DNA from: Pseudomonadota bacterium
Lineage (GTDB): Archaea; Thermoplasmatota; SW-10-69-26; JACQPN01; JAJPHT01
Assembly: GCA_021325135.1 (NCBI GenBank)
Contig: JAJPHT010000014.1
Span: 1 to 64,000 of the forward strand
Length of the DNA: 64,000 nucleotides
Reading direction: 5' to 3'
Below are positions 9,576 through 19,502 of this stretch, piece by piece. The position numbers were made by a program, and so were the translations under genes. Numbering within the stretch: the stretch's first letter is position 1; every line of letters starts with the position of its first letter. The notes beneath the pieces are model-generated. The model was given only the letters and a program-made list of their open reading frames with translations. It was not told where the DNA came from and searched no databases.

Positions 9576-10070
9576 TCACACCACGAGGAAGGACGCTTGC
9601 CCCTGGGCCGACTCGGTGGCCTCCGTCGCGTAGACGACGACGCTTCCGAAGCCCGGCAGCGCCCCGGGGGAGACCGAGAGATGGACCTGCGCCAAGGCCC
9701 AGCCCCCTTCGGGGACGTCCACGGCGCTGGGGTCCACCTGGGCCGTTCCATTGACGCCCAGGAGCGCGGCGCTCAGGTCGACGTGGTGCGTGGGGCCGGT
9801 GGTGTTGTTGCCCAGGCTGCCGGGGGACCAGCCGACGGCCACGGAGCACGAGGCGTTGGCGCCGGCCAGGAGGATGGCCGGGCACGTGACCTGCACGACG
9901 AGGTGCGTGGAGTTGGTGACGTTGCCCGTCCCGTTGCCATCCGCAAGCGCGATGCCCACGGGGAAGAGCTCAGAGACGGTGCCGGCCGTCGTGAAGGCGG
10001 GGGCGGCCAGGGCGACGAGGGCGATGCCGGATGCGAGGAGGGTTCGGGTGGTTCTCAACAGTCTCACCAA
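9576..10070 (-). CDS. Small secreted Ig-like/beta-rich protein
   Basis: Signal-like N-terminus, N-x-S/T sequons, co-oriented upstream of the TM regulator. Confidence 0.6.
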   Translation of the reverse strand: MVRLLRTTRTLLASGIALVALAAPAFTTAGTVSELFPVGIALADGNGTGNVTNSTHLVVQVTCPAILLAGANASCSVAVGWSPGSLGNNTTGPTHHVDLSAALLGVNGTAQVDPSAVDVPEGGWALAQVHLSVSPGALPGFGSVVVYATEATESAQGQASFLVV

Positions 10071-10184
10071 CGGCCAGGTGAGCGTGGGAAGGCATGCCGA
10101 GTTCGGACCGGTTTTGACGATCCGTCGCCGGGCCAGGGCGCAGCCTTATGCGGGCCCGGGCGCGATGGCGCGGCAGGTGGTCCC

Positions 10185-10835
10185 GTGACGGTGCTCCTCT
10201 ACGACCTGCCCATCAGCCACTACTGCGTGAAGGCGAAGCGCATCCTCGCGTACAAGGGCGTGGAGTTCCAGACGGAGCGCGCGCCCTACCACGACAGGCA
10301 GGACCTCCTGGCCGTCTCGGGGCAGGACTACGTGCCCTACCTCCTCTGGGAGGACAAGGGCGTCGCGTGGTACGACATCCCCGACTTCGTGGAGTCCAAG
10401 AAGCCCGACCCCACGCTCTACCCCGGCAAGCAGCGCAACCTCGCGCGCATCCTGGACTCGTGGGCGCACGACGTGGTGGAGGAGGCCGTCTGGAAGTGCG
10501 TCGTGTTCGACGCGCCCAAGACGTTCTCCGACCCGCGCGAACAGTGGGTCTTCGTCGAGCTGCAGGAGCGCAAGCGCGGCCCGCTGGAGGTCATGGGCCT
10601 GCGCAAGCAGGAGTTCCTCAAGGGGCTCGTCAACGTGCTCAAGCCCGCCGAGGACCGCCTCGCGGAGAGCCCCTTCCTCCTGGGCGAGAAGCCCAGCCTC
10701 GCCGACTTCGCGCTCTTCGGCGCCACGGAGCCGCTGCCCTACACGGGGAACCCCATTCCCCGAGAGCTTCCGCATCTGAAGGCCTGGCGCGACCGCGTGG
10801 AGAAGGCGGCGCCGGTGCCCAAGGCTCACGCGTAG
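10185..10835 (+). CDS. Glutathione S-transferase family protein
   Basis: LYDLPISHYCVKAKRILAYKG, SGQDYVP, PFLLGEKPSLADFALFG; GTG start. Confidence 0.85.
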   Translation: MTVLLYDLPISHYCVKAKRILAYKGVEFQTERAPYHDRQDLLAVSGQDYVPYLLWEDKGVAWYDIPDFVESKKPDPTLYPGKQRNLARILDSWAHDVVEEAVWKCVVFDAPKTFSDPREQWVFVELQERKRGPLEVMGLRKQEFLKGLVNVLKPAEDRLAESPFLLGEKPSLADFALFGATEPLPYTGNPIPRELPHLKAWRDRVEKAAPVPKAHA

Positions 10836-11149
10836 AGGTACGCGTAGACGCCCAACGGGAGCCAGAGCGCCAGCGCGAACGCGAAGAGCGCGAGCCCGCG
10901 CCGGATCTCGGCCTTGCGCTTGGGCGCGTCCAGCGTGTAGACGGGCTTGCCGTCGGGGTCGCGCCCCACCATGGTCTTCGAGCCGCCCAGGCGGACGTGG
11001 GTGAGGCTCCAGCCCAGCGCGACGGCGCCCGCGAGGAACATCGCGTTGCCGAAGCCTAGAGGCGTCGGGCGGCCCACGGCGAAGCACGCGGCCACGACGG
11101 CGAGATACGCCAGCGGCCAGCGCGCCCAGCGGGGGATGCTATCACGCAT
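10826..11149 (-). CDS. Small membrane protein
   Basis: Three hydrophobic segments; overlaps lysS stop. Confidence 0.6.
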   Translation of the reverse strand: MRDSIPRWARWPLAYLAVVAACFAVGRPTPLGFGNAMFLAGAVALGWSLTHVRLGGSKTMVGRDPDGKPVYTLDAPKRKAEIRRGLALFAFALALWLPLGVYAYLYA

Positions 11150-12722
11150 GGCTCGCTTCCTGGAGCCGCCGCAGCACGAAGGCCGGGTCGAGGCTCGCGA
11201 GGAAGTGGCCCGCGCGGGGGCCCTTCTTGGCGCCCAGGAACGCGGCGTAGAGCGCCTGGAACGCCTTGCCGCCGGGGAGGCCGACCTCCTTGGCGCTCTC
11301 GTGGATCGCGTTGTGGATGGCCTCCGCGCTGCGCGCGCCGTGGGCGAGCCGGCCGTGGAGCGCGCGCAGGAAGCGGCGCTCGTTCTCGCCCACCTGCGCC
11401 GCGGCCTCGGGCGTCCAGTGCTCGACGATCTTCGTGCGCGCCTCGGCGGGCGCGAAGTGGTCGAGCCAGTACTTCGCGTGCTCGACGCGCGCCTTGAGGT
11501 GCTCCTCGTCGGCCTTGGAGAGGTCGCCCACCATCTCGCTGCGCTGGAGGATGGCCTTCACCTTGGGCCAGTCGCCATTCGTCAATTCCGTGAGCAGCAC
11601 GAGGTGGTTGTACGGGATCGCGGGCGGCGCCTCGGCGGGCACCTGCCCCGAGGGCTGCGACAGCTCGACGACGCGGTCAAGCTCCTTGAACTGCGGGTCC
11701 TCGCGGGCCTGCGGGCCGCCGGTGAAGAACGCCTGCTCCCAGCGGTCGTATTCGTTGACCAGGTCGACGATGCCAAGCCCGGGGTCGAAGTCGATGTGCT
11801 TGGAGGGCTGATAGCGCGCGATGAGGAAGCGCAGCGTCTCGGGGGGCGTCATGCGCAGCATCTCGCTGGCGCTGATGGCGTTCCCCGCGCTGCTGTGCAT
11901 GGCGCCGCCGGACTTCAATTGGATGAACTCGTAGACGGTGCGCAGCGGGGGCGCGTAGCCGAAGACCTTCTCGCTGATCTCGACGCCCGTGTCCCACGAG
12001 CTTCCGGCCGCGGCGTGGTCCTTGCCCATGGCCTCGAAGGTGACCTCCAGGAACTTCCAGCGCGCGGGCCAGTCCACGCGCCAGGGGAGCTTGCCTTCGC
12101 CGGGGACGCGGATGTCCTTCTTCCCCTCGTGGCCGCACGCCTCGCAGCGGTACTCGATGAAGGGGTACTCGTAGAGCGTGGGGATGGGGCCGTTGAGCCG
12201 CTGGCAGCCGGCGCACTGGACGTTGAAGGGGATCCAGTTCTTGGGCAGCGCGCGGCCCGAGACGCGGGTGATGATCTCGTCGACGACGTTGGTCTGCTCC
12301 AGCGCGTCCTTCGTCGCGTCGAGGTACATCCCCTTGCGGTACATCTCGTGGGCCAGCAGCACGCGCGGGCGCACGCCGAGGGCCTCCAGGTCCTTGAGGA
12401 ACGGGTCGAGGAAGTGCGCCGCGTAGTTGTCGTGGCACCCGTCGGGGCACGGGATGTCGCAGAGGGGCTTGCCGACGTGCTCCTGGTAGACGCCCGCGTC
12501 GAGGAAGGGGTAGACCTTGCGGAGGGGATCGTAGGTGTCGCCGATGTAGATGAGCTCGGCGTCGCACCCCATCTTGTCGAGGCTGCGGTAGACCAGCTCG
12601 GTGGTCAGCACCTCGCGCATGTTGCCCACGTGGATGGGCCCCGAGGGGGTGATGGCGGTGGCGAGGACGTGCCGGGAGCCGCGGCCCGCAAGCTCCTTGG
12701 CCAGGACGTCGGCCCAGTGCAT
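11142..12722 (-). CDS. lysS: Lysine--tRNA ligase, class I
   Basis: MHWAD, TPSGPIHVGNMRE, DTYDPLRKV, KLPWRVDWPARW, GKDH, AMHSSAG (KMSKS-like), GPRAG. Confidence 0.97.
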   Translation of the reverse strand: MHWADVLAKELAGRGSRHVLATAITPSGPIHVGNMREVLTTELVYRSLDKMGCDAELIYIGDTYDPLRKVYPFLDAGVYQEHVGKPLCDIPCPDGCHDNYAAHFLDPFLKDLEALGVRPRVLLAHEMYRKGMYLDATKDALEQTNVVDEIITRVSGRALPKNWIPFNVQCAGCQRLNGPIPTLYEYPFIEYRCEACGHEGKKDIRVPGEGKLPWRVDWPARWKFLEVTFEAMGKDHAAAGSSWDTGVEISEKVFGYAPPLRTVYEFIQLKSGGAMHSSAGNAISASEMLRMTPPETLRFLIARYQPSKHIDFDPGLGIVDLVNEYDRWEQAFFTGGPQAREDPQFKELDRVVELSQPSGQVPAEAPPAIPYNHLVLLTELTNGDWPKVKAILQRSEMVGDLSKADEEHLKARVEHAKYWLDHFAPAEARTKIVEHWTPEAAAQVGENERRFLRALHGRLAHGARSAEAIHNAIHESAKEVGLPGGKAFQALYAAFLGAKKGPRAGHFLASLDPAFVLRRLQEASHA

Positions 12723-12753
12723 GAGCCGCGGAGGCGCGACCGCAGGATAAACC

Positions 12754-13155
12754 CTAGGGGACCCTGCGGGCCCGCGCCGCGGCGAGGTAGGCGCCGCCTG
12801 CGAGCAGCGCCGCGACGCCCGACTGCCACACGTCGCCCCGCAGCGCCGCCGCGCGCATCGCGGGGCTCCACCCCACGAGGCTGGCCGCCGCGTTGAGCGC
12901 CCAGGCCGCGGCCACCAGCGCGGCCGCCGCCAAGAGGGCGCTCCGCTCTTCGCGCGCCGCGCCCCACGCCGCGAGGATCGCGCCGCTGAGGACGAGTGGC
13001 GTCATGACGCCCCACGACCACGCCGGGCAGGAGAGGGCGCCGCCGGGGCAGCGCAGCGGGGGCTCGCCCGCGACGTGGATCGCGATGGACGCCGCGACGA
13101 AGAGCGTCGCGCCCGCGGCGGCGAGGGCGAGCGCGCGCAGGAGGGCCGGACGCAT
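12754..13155 (-). CDS. Small membrane protein
   Basis: MRPALLRALAL.., four hydrophobic segments; 3' part of a long shadow ORF. Confidence 0.5.
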   Translation of the reverse strand: MRPALLRALALAAAGATLFVAASIAIHVAGEPPLRCPGGALSCPAWSWGVMTPLVLSGAILAAWGAAREERSALLAAAALVAAAWALNAAASLVGWSPAMRAAALRGDVWQSGVAALLAGGAYLAAARARRVP

Positions 13156-13242
13156 GCCTGCCCTTCGGAGGCGCGGGCGCTTGGACCTGCCGCTCCGGCC
13201 GTGGCGCGGTGCTTTCAAGGGGGGTCGCCCCACTCCCCCGCC

Positions 13243-15051
13243 GTGGCGACCCGCCTCCAGCGGCTGCGACGCGATGGGCTCCGGGAGTCCTTCACGTTCG
13301 CCGGCCCCGCCCTGCGCCGCGCCGCGCCCTGGCTCCTTGCGGGCGTCTTCGCGGCGGCAGTCCTCGTGCGGCTCTGGCCCGCGGTGCGCTTCGGCGTGTG
13401 GGGCTCTGACGAGGGCGAGTACCTCTACCTCACGCGCCGCCTGGTGGACACGGGGCGCATCTCCTTCGCCTACCAGGGGTGGGGCGTCGCGTATCCGTAC
13501 TTCCCGGGCCTCTTCGTCGTGAGCGGCGCCGTCACGGCGGTCCTGGGCGTGGACGTCTTCCACGCGACGCTCTGGACGACGCCCGTCCTCTCGGCCATCC
13601 TGCCGGTGCTCGTGGGCCTGCTCGCCTACCGCGTCACCAGCGACCCGCGGGCGGGCCTCGTCGCGGCGGCGTTCGCGGCCGTGACCGCCGGCATCGTCGT
13701 CACCACGAGCCACGCGATGCCCGGCGCCCTGGGCCAGTTCCTCCTCCTGGGCCTCCTCGCGCTCCTGCCCGACGCGTACAAGGACCGCACGCACCTCGTC
13801 TGGCTCTCCCTGGTGGGCGCGGCGCTCATCCTCACGCACCACCTCTCCACGTACTTCGCCATCGGCATCCTCGTCTTCATCCCGTTCTGGCGCGAGCTGA
13901 CGCAGGACCACTATGATGTCTTGCGCCTCCGCGTCGAGGTGCCCTTCGCGCTGGCCATGATCGCCGCGACGCTCGTGTGGTGGCTGGGCGTCGCGGGGCC
14001 CTTCCGCGACCAGATCGTGGGCGACGAGATCAAGCTCAACCCCTGGCTCACGGCGGCGATCTTCCTGCTGCCCCTGGCGGCCGTGCCCGCGCTCGTGGCG
14101 TACAAGCGCAGCCGCGCGCGCTGGTTCCTGCTGCCGCGATACCCCTCCTTCCCGCGCCAGAGGAGGCTTGTCGTGGGCGGCTTCCTCCTCTTCGCGGGCG
14201 TCGCGCTGGCGCTGGTCCTCGTGAAGCTCCCCGGAAGCGACATCGACCTGCCCTGGTCGACGTTCTGGTACACGCTGCCCCTCATCGCGTTCCTCTGCTT
14301 CGTGCCGCTGGGCATCGCGCTGGCGCGCTTCTACCGCCAGGGCACCATGATCGGCGCGTGGACCTACGCCATCCTCGCCTCGCTGGCGTTCGCCATCGCC
14401 ACCAACAGCCACGTCCTCTTCCCGTTCCGCCACGTGGACTACATGACCGAGGCCATGGCGATCTTCGTCGCCATCGGCATGCTCGTGGCCTACGACGAGA
14501 CGCTGGCCTCGCGCATCCCCGCGGACCGCCCGCGCGTGAGGGCCTACCTCGTCGCGGGGCTCGTGGCCCTCCTCGTCGTGGCCGCCGTCGCCAGCAACCC
14601 GCCCCGCGAGACGCTGGGCGGCTTCGAGGAGGGCATCAGCCAGGAGGAGCTTTCCGCCGTCCAGTGGGCCGCCGCGCACCATGATATCATCCCCCCGGGC
14701 GCCACCATCGCGGCGGACCATCGCGTCTCGTCGCTCCTCTGGGGGCTCGCGGACCTGCACGCGACGTGGGACTACACGCCGCAGACGTACCACGCCGAGA
14801 ACCTCAGCGCCGTGAAGGGGGAGCTTGCCCACGCGCAGGTCCCCGCCGAGGGGCACGCCCGCGTGGACTACGTGTTCCTCTCTCCCGAGATCGAGCAGGG
14901 CGTGACGCTCCTCCAGTGGGAGAACAGCGCGCCCATGAGCGCCGCCGCCGTCGCGAAGTTCGCCAACGCCACCGTCTTCCCCAAGGTGTACGACGAGGAG
15001 GGCGTGCGCATCTACCGCGTGAACTGGACGGCGCTGGACGCGGCGACGTGA
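13243..15051 (+). CDS. Polytopic membrane protein, GT-C (PMT/ArnT-like) glycosyltransferase candidate
   Basis: WGSDEGEY acidic motif after TM1, many TM helices, C-terminal external domain; start inferred (GTG after AT-rich patch). Confidence 0.6.
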   Translation: MATRLQRLRRDGLRESFTFAGPALRRAAPWLLAGVFAAAVLVRLWPAVRFGVWGSDEGEYLYLTRRLVDTGRISFAYQGWGVAYPYFPGLFVVSGAVTAVLGVDVFHATLWTTPVLSAILPVLVGLLAYRVTSDPRAGLVAAAFAAVTAGIVVTTSHAMPGALGQFLLLGLLALLPDAYKDRTHLVWLSLVGAALILTHHLSTYFAIGILVFIPFWRELTQDHYDVLRLRVEVPFALAMIAATLVWWLGVAGPFRDQIVGDEIKLNPWLTAAIFLLPLAAVPALVAYKRSRARWFLLPRYPSFPRQRRLVVGGFLLFAGVALALVLVKLPGSDIDLPWSTFWYTLPLIAFLCFVPLGIALARFYRQGTMIGAWTYAILASLAFAIATNSHVLFPFRHVDYMTEAMAIFVAIGMLVAYDETLASRIPADRPRVRAYLVAGLVALLVVAAVASNPPRETLGGFEEGISQEELSAVQWAAAHHDIIPPGATIAADHRVSSLLWGLADLHATWDYTPQTYHAENLSAVKGELAHAQVPAEGHARVDYVFLSPEIEQGVTLLQWENSAPMSAAAVAKFANATVFPKVYDEEGVRIYRVNWTALDAAT

Positions 15052-15112
15052 CTCACCTCTGGTGATCGCGCATGCGCCCCCCTTTTGTAGGGGAGCGCGT
15101 TGCGGCCCCTGG

Positions 15113-16378
15113 ATGGCCGAGGCCGCGTCGAACGTCTTCCTGCTGCTCAGCGCGGTCATCACGCTGGGCTTCCTGGGCTACATTCTCTACGAGCGGACGC
15201 GCGTGAGCGAGGTCCTCATGCTCCTGGCGTTCGGCGTCCTCGTGGGGCCCGTGCTGCACCTGGTGCCCGTGGAGAGCTTCGCCGCCGCGGCGCCTTTCTT
15301 CACGACGCTGGCGCTGGCGATGATCATGCTCGAAGGCGGCCTGGAGCTCCACCTCCAGGACCTCGTCGCCGCCGCGGGGCGCAGCAGCCTGCTGGCGCTC
15401 CTGGGGTTCGGCCTCTCCCTGGGCGGCGTCGCCGTGGCCGCGCACGCGCTCCTGGGGCTGGGCTGGCTGGAGAGCGCGCTCCTGGGCGCCATCCTGGGCG
15501 CCGCGAGCAGCGTCGTCGTCTTCCCCCTCGCCGCGCGCCTCGCCGCCAGCGACCGCGTGCGCGTCATGCTGGGCCTGGACGCCGCGCTGGGCGAGGTCTT
15601 GAGCGTCGTCTCCGCCATCACGCTCATGGAGGCCCTCTCGCTCCAGCAGGCCAACGTCGCGCACGCCGCGCAGCAGATGGCCGCCCAGTTCAGCGTCGCC
15701 ATCGTGCTGGGCCTCGTCGCGGGCGTCGCGTGGGCGAGGCTCCTCACGGCGCTCGCGGGGAAACGCTATCACTACATGCTCACCATGGCGGTCGTCCTCG
15801 CGCTCCACGTGGGCGTCGTCGCGCTGGGCGGGAGCGGCCCCATCGCCGTCCTGGTCTTCGGCGTCGTCCTGGGCAACGCGTCCACGCTGCGGCGCGCGGG
15901 GCTGCGGGCCAGCGACTTCACGCCGGAGATGCGCACGTTCCAGGGGGAGATCACGTTCTTCCTGCGCACGTTCTTCTTCGTCTACCTGGGGATGACCGCG
16001 AGCCTCGCGCAGCTCACGGGCCGCTCCTTCGCCGTCGCCAGCGGCGCGCTGACGCTGGCGCTCCTCCTGGCGCGCCTCGTCGCGGCGCGGGTGGCGATCC
16101 TGCGCGGCGGGTTCGAGCCGGGCACCACGGCCCTCCTCGCCACCATCATCCCGCGCGGCCTCGCCGTCGCCATCCTGGCCGCGCTCCCCGCGGCGGAGTA
16201 CGGCCTTGCGTTCGCGCGGGACTTCCCGGGCTACGCGCTGGGCGTCATCGTGCTCTCCAACCTCGTCGCCACGCTGGGGGTGCTCGCGTTCGGCCGCGCG
16301 CGGAGCCGCGAGGTGTCCGTGGCGGAGCCCGCCCCGCGGGAGGCACGCTCCAACGCCGCCGCTGGAATCCTTAAATGA
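15113..16378 (+). CDS. Cation:proton antiporter (NhaP/CPA1 family)
   Basis: FGVLVGPVL, LEGGLEL, FFLRTFFFVYLG, PRGLAVAILA. Confidence 0.9.
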   Translation: MAEAASNVFLLLSAVITLGFLGYILYERTRVSEVLMLLAFGVLVGPVLHLVPVESFAAAAPFFTTLALAMIMLEGGLELHLQDLVAAAGRSSLLALLGFGLSLGGVAVAAHALLGLGWLESALLGAILGAASSVVVFPLAARLAASDRVRVMLGLDAALGEVLSVVSAITLMEALSLQQANVAHAAQQMAAQFSVAIVLGLVAGVAWARLLTALAGKRYHYMLTMAVVLALHVGVVALGGSGPIAVLVFGVVLGNASTLRRAGLRASDFTPEMRTFQGEITFFLRTFFFVYLGMTASLAQLTGRSFAVASGALTLALLLARLVAARVAILRGGFEPGTTALLATIIPRGLAVAILAALPAAEYGLAFARDFPGYALGVIVLSNLVATLGVLAFGRARSREVSVAEPAPREARSNAAAGILK

Positions 16379-16400
16379 GGGCAGGCCGGAACCCCGATCC

Positions 16401-17771
16401 ATGCTTTCGCGCCCCCTCCTGGCGGCCGCCCTCGTGGCCCTCGCCTTCGCGGGCTGCGTCCAGAGCGGCGAGACGCCCGGCGCCGTCACCGTCACGCCCG
16501 CGGGCACCGGCGGCGCGCCCGCCTTCCGCCTCGTGGACGTGGCGGGCTCCTCCGACGTCAGCGAGCCCTCCATCGCCATCGACCACAAGGGGCACCTCTA
16601 CGTCAGCGCGCCCACGGGCCTGCCCCACGCGTCGAGGCTCTGGACGAGCGCGGACGACGGCGCGACGTGGAAGGAATTGACGCCCAACCCGACTCCGCTG
16701 GGCGGGGGTGACACGAGCATCGCCATCGCTCCGGATGATAGCATCTACGTCACGGACCTCTGGGCCGGGAGCGCCACCATCAGCACGAGCCACGACGGGG
16801 GCGCCTCGTGGTTCGCGAGCCCCATCGCGAGCCCCGTGCCCTTCTACGACCGCGAGTGGAACGCCGTCGACAAGGAGGGGCGCGCCTACTTCCTGGGGCG
16901 CACGTTCACGCCGGGCATCGCCGCGTGGGTGAGCCGCAGCGACGACGGCGGCATGACGTGGATCCACGCCGGCAACCCGTGGATCAACCCCGACACGAGC
17001 CAGGAGAGCCAGGACGGCCCCCTGATCGTGAACCCCAGGACCGACGAGGTCGCGGTGGTCTACAGCTGCCCCGGGCCCGCGGTGTGCGTCTCCACGAGCA
17101 AGGACCAGGGCATGACGTGGGCCTCCCACGTCGCGGCCAAGGCCTCGGGCAGCGTGGGCAACGACTTCGCGGGGCTCGCCGCCGACGCCGCGGGCAACTG
17201 GTACGTCGCCTACGCGGAGTCCGTGGAGAAGGGCACCGTGATCAAGGTCGCAAGCTCGCGCGACGGCGCGACGTGGAGCGTGCCCCAGGTGGTGACCCGC
17301 GACGCGGGCACGCGCCTCTTCCCGTGGATCGTCGCGGGCTCCGAAGGGCGCGTCGCCATCGCGTGGTACGGCACCGGCGTCGCGGGCGACCCCAACGACC
17401 AGGCCGCGATGAAGGACGCCCGGTGGGACGTCATCATGGCCCAGAGCCTCGACGCCATGGGCGCCGCGCCCTCGTGGCAGCTCACGCGCGTCAACGCGGA
17501 GCCCGTGCACACCGGCACCATCAGCACCGAAGGGCTCGACCCCAGCAACCCCAACCCGCCCGACCGCGGCCTGGGCGACTTCTTCACCACCGCCGTGGGC
17601 CCCGACGGCATGGTGCAGATGGCGTTCATGAAGGGCGAAGGCGGCAAGGTGGGCCTCGTCGTCGCGCAGCAGACCAGCGGCCCGAGCCTCCTCGCGGGCC
17701 CCGTGCTGCCCGTGGCGACGCCGAGCGCCGGCGGCCTCCCGGTGACCCTGCCCACGCTCCTGGGACCGTGA
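16401..17771 (+). CDS. Lipoprotein with BNR/Asp-box repeats (sialidase-like beta-propeller)
   Basis: Lipobox FAGC; repeats SADDGATW, SHDGGASW, SDDGGMTW, SKDQGMTW, SRDGATW; GLGDFF. Confidence 0.85.
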   Translation: MLSRPLLAAALVALAFAGCVQSGETPGAVTVTPAGTGGAPAFRLVDVAGSSDVSEPSIAIDHKGHLYVSAPTGLPHASRLWTSADDGATWKELTPNPTPLGGGDTSIAIAPDDSIYVTDLWAGSATISTSHDGGASWFASPIASPVPFYDREWNAVDKEGRAYFLGRTFTPGIAAWVSRSDDGGMTWIHAGNPWINPDTSQESQDGPLIVNPRTDEVAVVYSCPGPAVCVSTSKDQGMTWASHVAAKASGSVGNDFAGLAADAAGNWYVAYAESVEKGTVIKVASSRDGATWSVPQVVTRDAGTRLFPWIVAGSEGRVAIAWYGTGVAGDPNDQAAMKDARWDVIMAQSLDAMGAAPSWQLTRVNAEPVHTGTISTEGLDPSNPNPPDRGLGDFFTTAVGPDGMVQMAFMKGEGGKVGLVVAQQTSGPSLLAGPVLPVATPSAGGLPVTLPTLLGP

Positions 17772-17829
17772 TAAGGTTTAAGGGGGCGAGGGAACTGCCC
17801 ATCCATCCCCGTAAGGGGAAACCATCCCT

Positions 17830-17905
17830 GGCCGGAATGGGGTAGCTTGGTTCATCCTTGGGGACTGTGGATCCCCGGACTCGTGTTCAAATCACGGTTC
17901 CGGCC
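17830..17905 (+). tRNA. tRNA-His(GUG); G-1 encoded, CCA not encoded
   Basis: Acceptor GCCGGAA/TTCCGGC, anticodon arm GGGGA-CTGTGGA-TCCCC, T arm CGTG-TTCAAAT-CACG, discriminator C; TTTAAG TATA at about 17778. Confidence 0.95.
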
Positions 17906-18016
17906 CTTGCCATCGCCGCGCGAGCGCGACTGGTTGTCGCCCCCGGAGCGCCGCGCAAGCGGCGCGGAGCGGGGCGCGCAGCGCGTATTGCGCCGCTGGT
18001 ACGCCAGCGGTCCTGG

Positions 18017-18034
18017 ATCACGGTTCCGGCCCTT
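18017..18034 (+). repeat. 18-bp direct repeat of the tRNA-His 3' end (att-like)
   Basis: ATCACGGTTCCGGCCCTT identical to 17891-17908. Confidence 0.85.
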
Positions 18035-18060
18035 CATCTCGTCATCCGCGTGGTGGTCCC

Positions 18061-18417
18061 TTGGCCGAGCGCGCTGAACTCGAGTCCTTGGGCTGGCTGA
18101 ACATCGTCACCGGCCTGGCCGTCGTCGCCGCCACGCTGCTCTCGGCGGGGCTGGAGCCCAGCGCCTACTGGTTCAGCCTGATCGAGGGGCTCCTGCTGCT
18201 GGGCGTCGCCGGGTACGCCGCGGGGGCCTGGGAGCGCATGAGCGCGGGCCGCCGCGTGGGCCTCTCCATCCTCGCCGCGGCCATCGCGTTCGCGCTCCTC
18301 GCCGAGTGGTGGTCCGCCGACTTCCCCGTGAGCCTTCGCCGCGTCATGATTGCGCTGGGCCTCGTGGGCACGCTCGTCGGGGCCTTCGCGGCGTGGAAGG
18401 CCCGCCCCGCGGCGTGA
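18061..18417 (+). CDS. Small 4-TM membrane protein (SPW-repeat-like), paralog of the next gene
   Basis: RAELESLGWLNIVTGL..ATLLSAGL and SLRRVMIALG. Confidence 0.65.
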   Translation: MAERAELESLGWLNIVTGLAVVAATLLSAGLEPSAYWFSLIEGLLLLGVAGYAAGAWERMSAGRRVGLSILAAAIAFALLAEWWSADFPVSLRRVMIALGLVGTLVGAFAAWKARPAA

Positions 18418-18516
18418 GCTTCCCCTTGGCGTTTTCCGCACCCTTCAAACCGTTCATACCTGCGGCCCAAGGCCTCTGGCGGGGGGCTTATCCACCCCGC
18501 GCGCCAAGGGGGAGGC

Positions 18517-18888
18517 ATGCCCCGCGCGGACCTCGAAGCCGGCTCCTGGCTCAACGTCGCCCTCGGCCTCCTCATCCTCGCCGTGACGCTCCTCTCCGGC
18601 GGGCTCACGCCCCTCCTTCTGTGGGGCAACGTGGCGGCCGGCGTCGCGATCCTCGCCCTCTCCGCCTACGAGGCCTCGCGCTGGGGCGCCCTGGGCCGCG
18701 CGCGCCTGGTGGGCCTGAGCGCCGCGAGCGCCGTCATCGGCGTCGCCCTCGTCCTCCTCTGGGCATCCTCCGCCGAATCCCTGAGCCTGCGGCGCATCCT
18801 CTTCGTGCTGGGCGCCCTGGTGGTCGCCGTGGGCGCCTACGGCGCGTGGAGCCTCCGCGCCCGCGCGCCCGCCCCCGCCGCGGCCTGA
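18517..18888 (+). CDS. Small 4-TM membrane protein (SPW-repeat-like)
   Basis: RADLEAGSWLNVALGL..VTLLSGGL and SLRRILFVLG. Confidence 0.7.
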   Translation: MPRADLEAGSWLNVALGLLILAVTLLSGGLTPLLLWGNVAAGVAILALSAYEASRWGALGRARLVGLSAASAVIGVALVLLWASSAESLSLRRILFVLGALVVAVGAYGAWSLRARAPAPAAA

Positions 18889-18976
18889 GACGCCTGGAGG
18901 TTCTCCTCGGTCTTCGACGCGTCGGGCCCAGGCCCATTCCGGAAGGCTCACATGCAGGGCGCCGCGTGCCTGTCGC

Positions 18977-19426
18977 ATGAAGGCCTGGCTGAAGTGGACC
19001 CTCATCGTCGTCGGCGCCCTCGTCCTGCTCTACGGCGCGCTCGTCGCGTTCGCCTCCTACAGCAACGGGAACGACGTGAACGTCACGCTCAACGTCGGCG
19101 TGAGCGGCAGCTCGATGTACATGCGCTGCGACCAGGCCAAGTCCACGCCCGGCGTCTGCGGTGGCGGGGACCAGGCCACCGTCACGGTCCACAAGCGCGA
19201 CCGCGTCCACCTCACCATCCACAACGACCAGGGCGGCGACCACACCCACGACTTCAACGTCCAGGGCTGGCAGTACGCGTTCCCGCCCGTCTCGCCCGAG
19301 ATGGAGCTTCACCAGGCCGACCAGTCGTGGACCTTCACTGCGTGGGCCTCCGGAAGCTATCACATGCTCTGCGAGCTGACGGGCCACGACGCCGCCGGCA
19401 TGCACGGGACCTTCGTCGTCCAGTAG
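18977..19426 (+). CDS. Membrane-anchored cupredoxin (type 1 copper protein)
   Basis: N-terminal TM; HDF and YHMLCELTGHDAAGMHGTFVV ligand loop (H, C, H, M). Confidence 0.88.
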   Translation: MKAWLKWTLIVVGALVLLYGALVAFASYSNGNDVNVTLNVGVSGSSMYMRCDQAKSTPGVCGGGDQATVTVHKRDRVHLTIHNDQGGDHTHDFNVQGWQYAFPPVSPEMELHQADQSWTFTAWASGSYHMLCELTGHDAAGMHGTFVVQ

Positions 19427-19502
19427 GCAGGCGGGCAGCCGGGGGCCCAAGCGGCGACCGGGTGACGGAAAGGATATCCACGCCCGCAAGGTCAGGCGAG
19501 GC

